Of a DNA stretch of 27,140 nucleotides, positions 16,409-25,824 are shown piece by piece. Position 1 is the first letter of the stretch. Each line of letters starts with the position of its first letter. The translations under genes and the position numbers were made by a program. This stretch comes from a virus. Lineage: Duplodnaviria > Caudoviricetes. The notes under the pieces are model-generated. The model was given only the letters and a program-made list of their open reading frames with translations. It searched no databases and had not been told where the DNA came from. The stretch covers positions 1 through 27,140 of IMG/VR virus record IMGVR_UViG_3300020045_003074. One strand, given 5' to 3'.

Positions 16409-17665
16409 TTAATATTGTGTTTTGCCAATGTTCCAGCCGCTATATTGTGGATTTAATTGCGGCGAAGTTGGCGGTGGTGTTGTGCCTGAAAGAAGCCCGC
16501 CAAAATTACCACCAAGCGCTGTATAAGCCCCAAGACCTTGCTGCAACCCCTGAAGCAAAGCAGGCGCGTTTTGCGAATTATAAACCGCCGCGCCTGATTG
16601 CGCTTGCCCTAAATTCTGTGCGAGCTGAGCCTGTTCCGAGCCTTGGCCAATCAGCGTATTTGCGCTCGTCGTGCCTTGGCCGGATAACAATTGCGCCAGC
16701 TGTGCCGCCGTTGATGTGTTCAGATTTGCAAGGTTTGCAGAGCCTTCTGTTTGCAGCCCAGCAATTCCAGAACCCTTGCCTGTTTGCATTCCTGCAATGC
16801 CTGCACCACGATTAGCTTGAAGCTCCGCAACGCCTGCGCCCTTAGCTGTTGATATGCCAGAAAGTAACTGAGCTAGCTGCTGCTGAATTCCTGATCGAGA
16901 GTTGCCCAGCCCAGCTTGAAGCTGAGCGATTGATTGTGTAGCAGCATCGCCGCGATTAGCGATTGAGCCTAGGCGATTAAATTGGTTATCAAAGTCAGTT
17001 TGCGCACGGCCAAATGCCTGCTCTTGAAGTGCTGCCATAACGCGAGGCGAGGCACTTAATCCACCGCCAAGTGCCGCTTGATTTCTAAGGAGCGATTGTT
17101 CTTGCTGTTTTGCTAGGAAGTCTTGACCTGGGGAGCTTTTGTAATTCTGAAATGCTGCCGATTGAGCTTCTGGACCAAGAGAGCCAGACAGCGCAGCCTG
17201 CAATTGAGATGCGCCTGCGCCCTGCTGTGATGTTGGCTGTAGAGTTGATTGCGCTTGCCCATAAGCACCGGTAATCATTTGATCTGCAGCTCCATAGCCG
17301 CCAGTCAAATCATTCTTTGCGGTATCGAAACCAGAGCCTAGAGTGTTGATTGCTTGATCGTATCCGCCGCCAAGCGAACCAATAGCCTGATCGTAACCGC
17401 CACCCAATGATTGGATCGCAGACTGATTTCCTGAAAGCAGATTTTGCTGCGCTTGATTAGCGCCAGAAGTTACCGCATCGCGAGCCTGAGTAAATCCTTG
17501 ATTGATTAGCGGTAATGCTTGCTCGGTGGCAAGTCTTGTCTGCTCTTGTGCGTTTTGAACGCCCTGAGCTTGAATTTTTGCAGCATCTTTTGCAGCGTTG
17601 GATTGCTTATTAGCGCTGTATATTCCCGCACCCGCTACTACTAGGCCAGTTGTTATTGCCGCCAT
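16409..17665 (-). CDS. DNA ejection/pilot protein (P22 gp7-like)
   Basis: GAGIYSANKQSNAAKDAA..Q N-terminus and SPGQDF...Q motif. Gly/Ala/Gln-rich. Likely start MAAITTG at 17665. Confidence 0.8.
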   Translation of the reverse strand: MAAITTGLVVAGAGIYSANKQSNAAKDAAKIQAQGVQNAQEQTRLATEQALPLINQGFTQARDAVTSGANQAQQNLLSGNQSAIQSLGGGYDQAIGSLGGGYDQAINTLGSGFDTAKNDLTGGYGAADQMITGAYGQAQSTLQPTSQQGAGASQLQAALSGSLGPEAQSAAFQNYKSSPGQDFLAKQQEQSLLRNQAALGGGLSASPRVMAALQEQAFGRAQTDFDNQFNRLGSIANRGDAATQSIAQLQAGLGNSRSGIQQQLAQLLSGISTAKGAGVAELQANRGAGIAGMQTGKGSGIAGLQTEGSANLANLNTSTAAQLAQLLSGQGTTSANTLIGQGSEQAQLAQNLGQAQSGAAVYNSQNAPALLQGLQQGLGAYTALGGNFGGLLSGTTPPPTSPQLNPQYSGWNIGKTQY

Positions 17666-18107
17666 AATGAAAAACCTTTGTATAGCTTGTTTCAGAGTGA
17701 ACATAGCCCATTCGCTCGTACATCCTGCCGACTTGTTCCGGCATAGACGACTGCATAGAAACCATTGTCCAGTATTTAATACCTTGCTCTTTCACTAACC
17801 CCTCCATAAACAGGAGAAGCGCTATACCGTTTTTGCCCTTACGGTGTTCGGGGTCTAACCACCAAGCTAATTCAGTCGCGCCGTAAGCCTTGGTGCTTCC
17901 AAGTATAAACGATTTAATCGCCGCACAAAAGCCAACATTTTCGCCATCTATTTCAACTACTGCCAAAAGCTCATGATCGAATGCCATTTGCACATAATGG
18001 CGCGTGTGCTCAGGCTCAAAAGGCTCGTTGAATTGCGTTTGATGCCAAAAATCAGCAGCCATTCCAAGGATTGAATCAAAATCGTCCTCTCTTGCAATAC
18101 GGATCAT
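17610..18107 (-). CDS. GNAT-family acetyltransferase (P22 gp14 position)
   Basis: MIRIAREDD, ELAWWLDPEHRKGKNGIALL, MYERMGY motifs. Confidence 0.88.
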   Translation of the reverse strand: MIRIAREDDFDSILGMAADFWHQTQFNEPFEPEHTRHYVQMAFDHELLAVVEIDGENVGFCAAIKSFILGSTKAYGATELAWWLDPEHRKGKNGIALLLFMEGLVKEQGIKYWTMVSMQSSMPEQVGRMYERMGYVHSETSYTKVFHYGGNNNWPSSSGCGNIQR

Positions 18108-18655
18108 GAAAAAAACACCGTTAACACAGTTCTTGCCTCAATACCTTCACCAAACCCACCAATAGGCATGGCGCAATGGAATAATGCGGCATCGAATAAA
18201 GCAGCAGAGTTCTCTCGCATATAAAAACTGTGTAATACGTCCCATTTTTCAGGAGAGTTTTGGTCACGCTCTGCAATTTTTACAAATTCTTCAGACTCAG
18301 GCTGATACGCCATCCCAGTTTCAAGGTGGCGAACTATCGCGGTTCCGCCTTCTTCATGACTGTTAAGATATATCATTAAACTATGAGAACCCATAGACAA
18401 ATCATTATGAACAATATGTGGGCAATGCACGCCTTCGGGCGATCTTCTCATAAACATGGTGATATTTGTAGGCTCTCGATTTATCAAATAAGCTATTCGC
18501 TCCAATATTTCGGATCTAATGATGCCTGGAATATCATCACAAATATTCGGATAAGTAACACCATCAATAGGATTGACAATATCGCGAAAGTTAGCAGTTT
18601 TTGCATGCTCTTTTAACTCATTAAAACTAGCGATAAAGTTATCGAGTTGAATCAT
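18104..18655 (-). CDS. 2OG-Fe(II) oxygenase-like protein
   Basis: HND (HxD), IYLN...GGT, N.A.LFDA..FH and R.V...F motifs. Confidence 0.78.
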   Translation of the reverse strand: MIQLDNFIASFNELKEHAKTANFRDIVNPIDGVTYPNICDDIPGIIRSEILERIAYLINREPTNITMFMRRSPEGVHCPHIVHNDLSMGSHSLMIYLNSHEEGGTAIVRHLETGMAYQPESEEFVKIAERDQNSPEKWDVLHSFYMRENSAALFDAALFHCAMPIGGFGEGIEARTVLTVFFS

Positions 18656-18900
18656 GTTAATTGCACCCAGCCGGTATTGAATGTTTCTGCGGTAGTCTTA
18701 AACCAAAGATCGCCGAGCACAGTGTCAAAGTAGTATTTCTTCTGCGCGGCAAATACTGCACCATTAGGAGCTACAATCCCATCCTGAATATCAAGCTTAT
18801 TTAAAAGTTCCGTTACACTCTCAATCCACCCAATAAACCTATCTTCGGCTACGCCGCTTGTTTTTGCTATCGGAAAGTCTCTAACTGGGTTCTGTATCAT
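18652..18900 (-). CDS. Small tail protein (tail-needle gp26 position)
   Basis: 82 aa, coupled to the gp10-like gene, C-terminal Y.D.....LWFK......GW motif. Confidence 0.6.
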   Translation of the reverse strand: MIQNPVRDFPIAKTSGVAEDRFIGWIESVTELLNKLDIQDGIVAPNGAVFAAQKKYYFDTVLGDLWFKTTAETFNTGWVQLT

Positions 18901-20360
18901 TGCGCATTCGCCATTATTTTGTTGATAGCTCTAGGGTATTGGCCAGAGTATTCAATTCTAAGCTGGCGAGCTATTGAGAAACTCCCCAGCCTATCCCAAA
19001 CTACGCGGCGGCCATACTCACCAATTGCACCAGTAGTTCGCGCAATCTTATTGGAGAACGTGTAGCCGCCATCACCAGACCATGAAAGGTTGATTTGGTC
19101 GTTATCACCTACGCCAACATCGGTGAATACTTCAATCGCCCATACATTACCTTTAACGCCTGAGTTACCAAGTGGCTGAGTATCAAGCACACACGCCATG
19201 TTTATTCCGTACTCAGTGCCTAGCTCGTCGGTGATCTCGCCTATACGCCCATCTATCGAATCACCTGCTATAACTCGGTTGTAAGCTTGCACAATAGAAC
19301 TAACACGCCAAGGGATATCAAGGTAATCCGAGCCAACCTGAACTCGTGAACGCTGCTCGTGCCATTGTGGTGTGCCAGACATTGAACTTGCCGCTAGATC
19401 ATACTTAAAGCAGTAGTCACCAACATTCAGCACAAGAAATTCAGCGCCGTTTTGCGAGTGCCTCAACATAAATGCGCGGTCTATATCCTCGTCGCTCATG
19501 TTTTGAAGGATGAAATCTATCGCTTCTGTGGATATGTTTTGCACCGAGCCGCCAGAGTATAGCCAGACAGATGCGTCAGCATTCTCGCCCCCATAGCCAA
19601 CCCAGACAAATGATTGCCTGAATGGAGTTTTAGAAAACTTGGTACGAAGGCCAATATCTATTGCTGCATTAGGGATTGGGCTGAATGTAAATTCAGCAGA
19701 CGCCGTATTGCTAAACGGGATCGTTAAGTTGTCGCCGAACACATAGAGCTGATTGCGGTACACCCCAAGACCTACAACTTTGCTTAGCTGTGGAACAGGG
19801 TAAGAATCCAAAGGATTGTAGGTAAGCCCATCGTTAAAATTAGAATGAAAAACAATATTTGAATCGGACTTGCTAAATACGAACACGCTATCTAAAGCAA
19901 CAACATCATCAACTGGGCCATCGAAATCTAGGCTAGTTATTTCAGCAACCGCACCACCTTCGGTATAAATGTAAGCCTTAACACCAGGCACAACAATACA
20001 AAGCTGTGAGGTTAATTTGTCCATCTGAACGCGGCCAGTTCCGGCAATCGTACCCAATGAAACAGACGAATAGCTAACACTTAAATCAGGATTGACTATA
20101 CGGTCAACGCGATAGAGCGTATTTCCATTCACAAAATATGGCTTTCCGTTAAGAATCTTTGCTCCACGGTTTACGCCAGCTCCAGCCGTTGCAATCTGAT
20201 TTAGTCCAGAGCAGTGATAAAGATTATCAGGATTTAACGCACCAGATTTAGCAAAGTTTGGATACCAGTTAATGCACCGTTGAGATGAGAATTGCGAAGA
20301 TCGCGACTTATAAAATCCGCCAGTAAATGGGATTGGGATTAGCCCTGCCTTTGAAGTCAC
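18897..20360 (-). CDS. Packaged-DNA stabilisation protein / tail hub (P22 gp10-like)
   Basis: 487 aa beta-propeller-like. LSWS.DGG.TF...G..GEY..RV.W.RLG motif. Confidence 0.88.
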   Translation of the reverse strand: MTSKAGLIPIPFTGGFYKSRSSQFSSQRCINWYPNFAKSGALNPDNLYHCSGLNQIATAGAGVNRGAKILNGKPYFVNGNTLYRVDRIVNPDLSVSYSSVSLGTIAGTGRVQMDKLTSQLCIVVPGVKAYIYTEGGAVAEITSLDFDGPVDDVVALDSVFVFSKSDSNIVFHSNFNDGLTYNPLDSYPVPQLSKVVGLGVYRNQLYVFGDNLTIPFSNTASAEFTFSPIPNAAIDIGLRTKFSKTPFRQSFVWVGYGGENADASVWLYSGGSVQNISTEAIDFILQNMSDEDIDRAFMLRHSQNGAEFLVLNVGDYCFKYDLAASSMSGTPQWHEQRSRVQVGSDYLDIPWRVSSIVQAYNRVIAGDSIDGRIGEITDELGTEYGINMACVLDTQPLGNSGVKGNVWAIEVFTDVGVGDNDQINLSWSGDGGYTFSNKIARTTGAIGEYGRRVVWDRLGSFSIARQLRIEYSGQYPRAINKIMANAQ

Positions 20361-20363
20361 AGA

Positions 20364-20825
20364 TTAACCCTCTAGTAAAATATGGTCGCCATCTTCGGTT
20401 AATATTGTCGTATCAGTGGCAGGGTAGAAAATAGCATCATAAACACCGCCGTCAGTGTTTCCTGAGCCAGTTGGCATAGTGTCGGAATACGATGTAACTG
20501 GTAATGTTTGGTGCTGGTTAAGCAGATTTGTCCAAGCTTGACGCTCGTTTTCTGCAATTATTTGGATTTGGTCAGTTGGTGGGTATTGTGACGCAAGTCT
20601 AGTTGCTAGTTTGAACGTTGCCCACTCTTCGGCATATGTTGGAATCGTTACTAGCTGTGACCCTGAAGTGATTACGGTAAATCCTAGACCTAGATAGTCA
20701 ACACCCAGCATCATTCGGTTAAGGTATCGAATACCCGTGGCCATATCATCGCCGCCTACTGGTTGCTCGGCAGCTTGTCGTCCAATCTCTTGCAGCGCGT
20801 CTCTAATCAGGTCTTCCGCTTTCAT
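20364..20825 (-). CDS. Head-tail adaptor (P22 gp4-like)
   Basis: DLIRDAL..IG...A...LN.MM...LA.RLA..Y and MPTGSGN motif. Confidence 0.88.
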   Translation of the reverse strand: MKAEDLIRDALQEIGRQAAEQPVGGDDMATGIRYLNRMMLGVDYLGLGFTVITSGSQLVTIPTYAEEWATFKLATRLASQYPPTDQIQIIAENERQAWTNLLNQHQTLPVTSYSDTMPTGSGNTDGGVYDAIFYPATDTTILTEDGDHILLEG

Positions 20826-21093
20826 TAATCACCGCCAATGCTTTATCTTTAACAGTTTCAAGGCTTCCGCGCTTATCAATCTCAACGCTGAAATGCTTCT
20901 TTACGTATGATTCTACAGCATCTTTAGAGTCTAGCCCAATGATATTAAGCTCGTGATTTTCTGTCTCGCTAGACCCTAGCTGTTCCGGTGTATCGCGAAA
21001 GCCCATGGCGCGCAATCTGTCTTGGTATCGCTCTTGGTGGCAGGTGATTTGAATGTAATCTTCAGGTGATCCGTGGAACATTGAAATATGCAT
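20803..21093 (-). CDS. Small conserved head-module protein, 96 aa
   Basis: AAGGA RBS. Located between coat and gp4. Helical C-terminal domain (KHFSVEIDKRGSLE). Confidence 0.7.
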   Translation of the reverse strand: MHISMFHGSPEDYIQITCHQERYQDRLRAMGFRDTPEQLGSSETENHELNIIGLDSKDAVESYVKKHFSVEIDKRGSLETVKDKALAVINESGRPD

Positions 21094-21117
21094 TTACAAA
21101 TCCTTACGCTTTGATTG

Positions 21118-21157
21118 TTGATTGATCTATTTTAAAGATATACATTGAATTTGTCGA
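21118..21157. promoter_or_regulatory. Overlapping divergent sigma70-like promoters
   Basis: Minus strand: TCGACA-17-TAAAAT (21157-21129). Plus strand: TTGATT-17-TACATT (21118-21146). Confidence 0.55.
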
Positions 21158-21187
21158 GTTTGAACAATTACACAAAAGGTATACATT

Positions 21188-21535
21188 ATGAACAAACAAA
21201 CAAAATTTGCTATTTTTTCATTAGCTTTTTCAATACTTGCTTTCTTTGTTGCGGCAAATTCAAAAGCTGATTGCGATGAAATCTATTTCAAAGTGGGCAC
21301 AGGCTATAAGTTTGACGAACAAACAAAAATCAGGCTCGATAGAGATAATAGCCGTGTTTACGAAATTGCCAACAGCCCTTATAGCGCAAGATTTGAAACA
21401 GGTGTTGAATGCGGGAATCTTACCTATGGACTGAGCCACCATTCGCAGTGGTCAACTGGAGCGCCATTTAATAAGACTGGCGAATACTATAAAACAGAGA
21501 TTTTTATAGATTATAAATTTTCGTGGAGTATTTAA
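21188..21535 (+). CDS. Moron: exported beta-strand-rich protein, 115 aa
   Basis: Sec signal peptide ending ANSKA, amphipathic beta strands, aromatic C-terminus (IDYKFSWSI), AT-rich, opposite strand to the late operon. Confidence 0.78.
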   Translation: MNKQTKFAIFSLAFSILAFFVAANSKADCDEIYFKVGTGYKFDEQTKIRLDRDNSRVYEIANSPYSARFETGVECGNLTYGLSHHSQWSTGAPFNKTGEYYKTEIFIDYKFSWSI

Positions 21536-21569
21536 ATAAAAAGCCCCCGATTAAGGAGGCTTTTTATTT
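21534..21569. terminator. Bidirectional intrinsic terminator
   Basis: AAATAAAAAGCC-CCCGATTAAGGA-GGCTTTTTATTT between the convergent moron and coat genes. Confidence 0.8.
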
Positions 21570-21579
21570 TAGTTAGTGA

Positions 21580-22848
21580 TTACACACCCCAACCACGACC
21601 TGCAAACAGTGGGTTGAAACATGCAAACGCTGGCAATGCATCGAAACGCACAAGGTTTTTGTTACCAAGGAAGTTTGAGCCGCGTGAAATACGGATAGAA
21701 ACACCGTTTTTCATGGTCATTACTGTGTCAGTGTTGCTCAGCTTTGGAAGCTTAACAAAACCAACACCAAACGCCGCTTTAGAGTAGAACAGGTTAGGCT
21801 GGTACTCGGTAGATGCAGAACCAAGAATGGTAATTACGTCACCAGAGGTCAATGCAGAACTAACGTTATTGTATTGGCCGTTTGCCTCATAAATCATGGC
21901 AGGCGCAACAGTAACAGTAAGCGCACCACCTGAAGCAGTACCACCAACAACAACAGTACCACGCACGGGAATCGGCAGGCCATTAGCGCCCATGACTACC
22001 TTGCGAGTTTTCAAGTTGATGTAGTAACGGCCAGTAACCTCGATAACCTCACCAGGTGTAATGGTGCCAGTTGCAGATAATCCAGTTAAAGACCAGTTTT
22101 GCAAGTACGAATCCTTAACAGATGCATAGGTTGCAGTTGGTGTAGCAGCCAAGGTGCCTGAGCGGTCTGTAGCAGTGCCAGAAGTGTAGGAGCTAAGCGC
22201 ATTTGAACTCAATGCACGAAGGCCGCCAAACTTGCTAGAAATCTGCGCATCTTGCCAAGCGTTAGTTACTAAACTTTCAGAGCCAGAAGCCAAGCCGTTT
22301 GTAAGCTTAGCCAGATTGGTTTCGCTAAAAGGATTCATAACATAGTTCTTGTCACCCATTACACCGATAGACTTCATCAGCGCGCCAGCACCAGCAATGT
22401 GATCCCATGAAGTTACTGGGGTGCCTGGGGTGCCGTAGGTTAAACCTGAGTTTTGAATCATAAATGTGCCAAGGTCGGTTTCAATATCTGAAACTAATTG
22501 GCTTGCGATTGGCTCAAGAGCCGCATCGAGTTCATTTAAGCGCAAGGCCTCTTCAAGAATGCCCCACTCAACATTTACGGTATAGACGCTTTGAACTGTA
22601 CCGATTGAGTTACCCATAACAATATCGTTAGGGGTTGCCGCGCTAATATCACCGCCAGCGGTTTTCTGGCTGCGGTATTGCATTGGGCGTTTGAATTTAA
22701 CCGACTCACCAAAATCAGGCGTGCCTAAACCGGCATCTGATAATGATTGTGTATCGACTGTGTTAAGTAAAACAACGTCAGCCTCGAAGCCTTTTTTAAA
22801 GCCCTTGGCGACCTTGAGCGTAATGTTACTATCTGTACTGTTAGCCAT
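21580..22848 (-). CDS. Major capsid protein (P22 coat family)
   Basis: 422 aa. GESVKFKRP.QY, L.P....L...IE and RFD.L...A..NP...G motifs. Follows the scaffold gene. Confidence 0.92.
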   Translation of the reverse strand: MANSTDSNITLKVAKGFKKGFEADVVLLNTVDTQSLSDAGLGTPDFGESVKFKRPMQYRSQKTAGGDISAATPNDIVMGNSIGTVQSVYTVNVEWGILEEALRLNELDAALEPIASQLVSDIETDLGTFMIQNSGLTYGTPGTPVTSWDHIAGAGALMKSIGVMGDKNYVMNPFSETNLAKLTNGLASGSESLVTNAWQDAQISSKFGGLRALSSNALSSYTSGTATDRSGTLAATPTATYASVKDSYLQNWSLTGLSATGTITPGEVIEVTGRYYINLKTRKVVMGANGLPIPVRGTVVVGGTASGGALTVTVAPAMIYEANGQYNNVSSALTSGDVITILGSASTEYQPNLFYSKAAFGVGFVKLPKLSNTDTVMTMKNGVSIRISRGSNFLGNKNLVRFDALPAFACFNPLFAGRGWGV

Positions 22849-22859
22849 GATTTAGCTTC

Positions 22860-23675
22860 CTATTCGTAGGTTGTGCCATCAGAATCAGTGCTAGAGCTTA
22901 TTGGGCGCGAGCCGTTTACTCTAGTAGGTGGTGATGGCGCTTTTGAGATTGGTTTAACGTTCAATTTGTTGCGAATGCTTCGCTCGATGAAAGAAACGGC
23001 TTTAGCTGGCGACATACCTACTACGTCCGCCAGAACATCAACATTTTGATGAAGAAATTTGACAATAGCTGGGCCATCATCATCCTCTAACAAGAATTCT
23101 GTCAGGTCTTTGCTGATCCCGTATTGCGTAACAGTATCAGCAGCAACTTTAAGGTCTTGAGGGTTAATCTTCAGCCTTTCAATGTTTTTGTTGTAAGTTG
23201 TAAGCAATGACCCTTGTTTTTCCTGCTCCAAGACTTCGCGTTGCTGTTTGCGTTGCTCGGATTCGGACTCAAACCTCATTTGATCTCTAATATATTGCTC
23301 ACGCGCACGCATTTGGTTTGCGTATACATCGGGGTCAATGAGTGGATCGGCAGAAGGCGCGGGAACCTCTTTAGGTGGCTCTGGCTCTTTCTGTTGTTGC
23401 TGTAACTTACGCTCGGCAGCTTCCGCTCTTCGTGCGTTTTCGTGCATTTTTCTGGTTAGCTCATCAACTCTCGCTTTAACAGCGGGATCTTTGATTTCAA
23501 CATAACCAGCTTTTACCGGCTTAACCTGCTCAGAACCTTGTGATTCTTCGCTTGACTCTGCTTCCTCGCTGGATTCCTCCGGCGATTCTTCTTGGCCTTC
23601 TTCAAGCTCTTCAGCTTCAAGTGAACCCTCGTCAATCTCTAAATCGTCTAGCTCGTTTTGGTCGCTATCTATCAT
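22860..23675 (-). CDS. Scaffolding protein
   Basis: Acidic N-terminus, R.DELTRK..E..R coiled coil, GPAIV..L..N and SKAP.PP motifs. Located between portal and coat. Confidence 0.88.
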   Translation of the reverse strand: MIDSDQNELDDLEIDEGSLEAEELEEGQEESPEESSEEAESSEESQGSEQVKPVKAGYVEIKDPAVKARVDELTRKMHENARRAEAAERKLQQQQKEPEPPKEVPAPSADPLIDPDVYANQMRAREQYIRDQMRFESESEQRKQQREVLEQEKQGSLLTTYNKNIERLKINPQDLKVAADTVTQYGISKDLTEFLLEDDDGPAIVKFLHQNVDVLADVVGMSPAKAVSFIERSIRNKLNVKPISKAPSPPTRVNGSRPISSSTDSDGTTYE

Positions 23676-23733
23676 GGCTTAACCTCTTATGGTCGCTGTT
23701 GTCAATAATACATCAATTTTTCATAGTTTTAAA

Positions 23734-25824
23734 CTATAGATCTTTTTGAACTCTTTGGACATTTTGCGCTTGCGTGTCGTAAGCCTGTTGAGCATCCGGC
23801 GATAGCGCTACATCTTTCTCTGCGCTTTCACCAATTGTCTTCAATATTTCCGCCATGCCTTTTAGCATGGTCATAGTGTCAAGCTGTACCTGCATTTGAT
23901 CCTGCTGGCCTTTCATTAGCAGCTCGACTTGCTGCTTTTGCTGGTCAAAGTCTAGCTTCTGCTGCGCCTGCTGAAGCGATATTGCTTTCATTTCTTGGGC
24001 TGCAAGTGCCGCATCCGCTTTCTTGTCTTCGGCTTTTGCCGCAATCAACATAGCGTCTTCAGTCGGTGGATTCTTTGCCGCTGCTTGAGCTGCCATAGCA
24101 GCAGCCTCTTTCTCATCATCAGTCCATTGAGATTCTGGGATCTCTCCCATCTTCATAAGCGTAACGCGGGCGCGCTCAGCCGCCTTATCCATTCCTGGCG
24201 AATCAAGCGAAGAAAGCAATATGTCTTTGTTTTGTGCAACAACTGAAGGGTCAATTTGACCAAGTGCTATGATTTGTTCGGCTGTTTTTTCTTGGCGGTT
24301 TTTAAATGCTGCGCCAATATCACAATAAACGTCATAAATGCCTTTCGATAGATCGTTAATCTTTTGGCCATCCATACCAACTTGATTAACAGTAACCATT
24401 TCATAGGTTCCGTCATCATTGAATATGCGGCGCTCTTGCTCAATGTCATATAGCTTTGGGTAGCCGTTTACAAGAATCTTACCAACATGACCGAGGGCAA
24501 CCTCTAACGCTTTGTAATACTCGATTGATCCTAGATTGCTATTATTGTCTAAACGCTCAATAGCAATGCCAGACTGAACAGCAGGGTTATCCCCAAGCCC
24601 AGCCGCAAACATTCCGGCGCTTGATTGAATACCTTGCTCGGATAGCTGAAACATCGAAGCCAACCCGCTATTCGTATTGTAAGCGCCAGGCTTATAGGGT
24701 GGCGGGATATTGGGATTAGGGTCAGGCGTATAGGTTAAAATCGGGCGTCCGGCGACATTGAGCCGTCCAGCGTCTTTCTCGTTGCCCGCCAACTGTGCGC
24801 GGGTCATCATAATTACATCTTTAGGAGCCAGCGCAGTCTCTTCAACGTAAGCTGATCCGGTGTAATTTCTAACTCGCTGCCAGTCCATTAGCGGTTCAAC
24901 AACGCCGCAAGAGATTGGCTTGTCTTCAACGATCATAAAGTTAGGCAGAACAGGCACAACTGGCAAGAAGTCAAAAACAGTATCTTCAGACTCGGTTAGA
25001 AACTTTGCACCGTCAAACCAGATTGAACATATTTTATGCGACACTACAACGCGCTCTTTAGCGCCTTTTGGCTTACCTATTGACTTATAATCTTCTTCGT
25101 TTAGCACGGTACCGTCTTGTAACTGGTAAAGCTTCTTGCGCTGCCTCTTCTTGTAGATTAGCTCTCCAATCCTAATGCCTGTACGCTTATAGTAGTAAGT
25201 GCTCCTAGGCTCAGAGTCGCCCAATGACTGCGCAGTCTCTTCGCTTTCCTCGCCAAATCTTTCTTCGTACTCTTCGCATGAAACTAAATGCTCAACCACC
25301 ACGCCATCAGCATCACTGCAAGTCCGGTCTTGATAGTTACCCAAGAACCACACTCGGTTAACAGAATCGGTAATGTGACGTATAAAGAAGTCTTGATCGT
25401 ATGATTCATTGTCGCCCCAGTCTTGATCCACTCGCAAGCAATCAAATCCGCAAATCATTTCCATTCGAGCAAGCATCGAGTAAACGTTAGTGGCGCGAGA
25501 GATAGATTCTGTGTTCTTGATTAAACCAGCGCACAACTCAGCCGTTTCTTTTGACGAGCCTTGACCCATTGGAGAAACGCGAATATTGAAATCATTCTGA
25601 GTCATTTCGCCATAGTATTTATTAACTATGGTCTTGGTGATGTCAAATGTATAGCGCGGGCGGCCATATGTCTCGAACTTCTGAAATATGCCATCCTCCC
25701 ACTGCCCGTTATCCTTCGTCACAAAGTTAATGCACTCGCGCATCTTTTCGCGGCGATCATGCTCAATCTCTTGCGCAGTATTGAGAGCGGCTATAACGTC
25801 TTTGTGTTCGCTGAAGTCAATCAT
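23734..25824 (-). CDS. Portal protein (P22 gp1-like)
   Basis: GQW...RP.YTF, G.V..L.D.QR..NY, SG.AI, DLS.G.YDV..D.G..F..R motifs and a Gln-rich barrel. ATG 25824 overlaps the terL stop. Confidence 0.93.
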   Translation of the reverse strand: MIDFSEHKDVIAALNTAQEIEHDRREKMRECINFVTKDNGQWEDGIFQKFETYGRPRYTFDITKTIVNKYYGEMTQNDFNIRVSPMGQGSSKETAELCAGLIKNTESISRATNVYSMLARMEMICGFDCLRVDQDWGDNESYDQDFFIRHITDSVNRVWFLGNYQDRTCSDADGVVVEHLVSCEEYEERFGEESEETAQSLGDSEPRSTYYYKRTGIRIGELIYKKRQRKKLYQLQDGTVLNEEDYKSIGKPKGAKERVVVSHKICSIWFDGAKFLTESEDTVFDFLPVVPVLPNFMIVEDKPISCGVVEPLMDWQRVRNYTGSAYVEETALAPKDVIMMTRAQLAGNEKDAGRLNVAGRPILTYTPDPNPNIPPPYKPGAYNTNSGLASMFQLSEQGIQSSAGMFAAGLGDNPAVQSGIAIERLDNNSNLGSIEYYKALEVALGHVGKILVNGYPKLYDIEQERRIFNDDGTYEMVTVNQVGMDGQKINDLSKGIYDVYCDIGAAFKNRQEKTAEQIIALGQIDPSVVAQNKDILLSSLDSPGMDKAAERARVTLMKMGEIPESQWTDDEKEAAAMAAQAAAKNPPTEDAMLIAAKAEDKKADAALAAQEMKAISLQQAQQKLDFDQQKQQVELLMKGQQDQMQVQLDTMTMLKGMAEILKTIGESAEKDVALSPDAQQAYDTQAQNVQRVQKDL

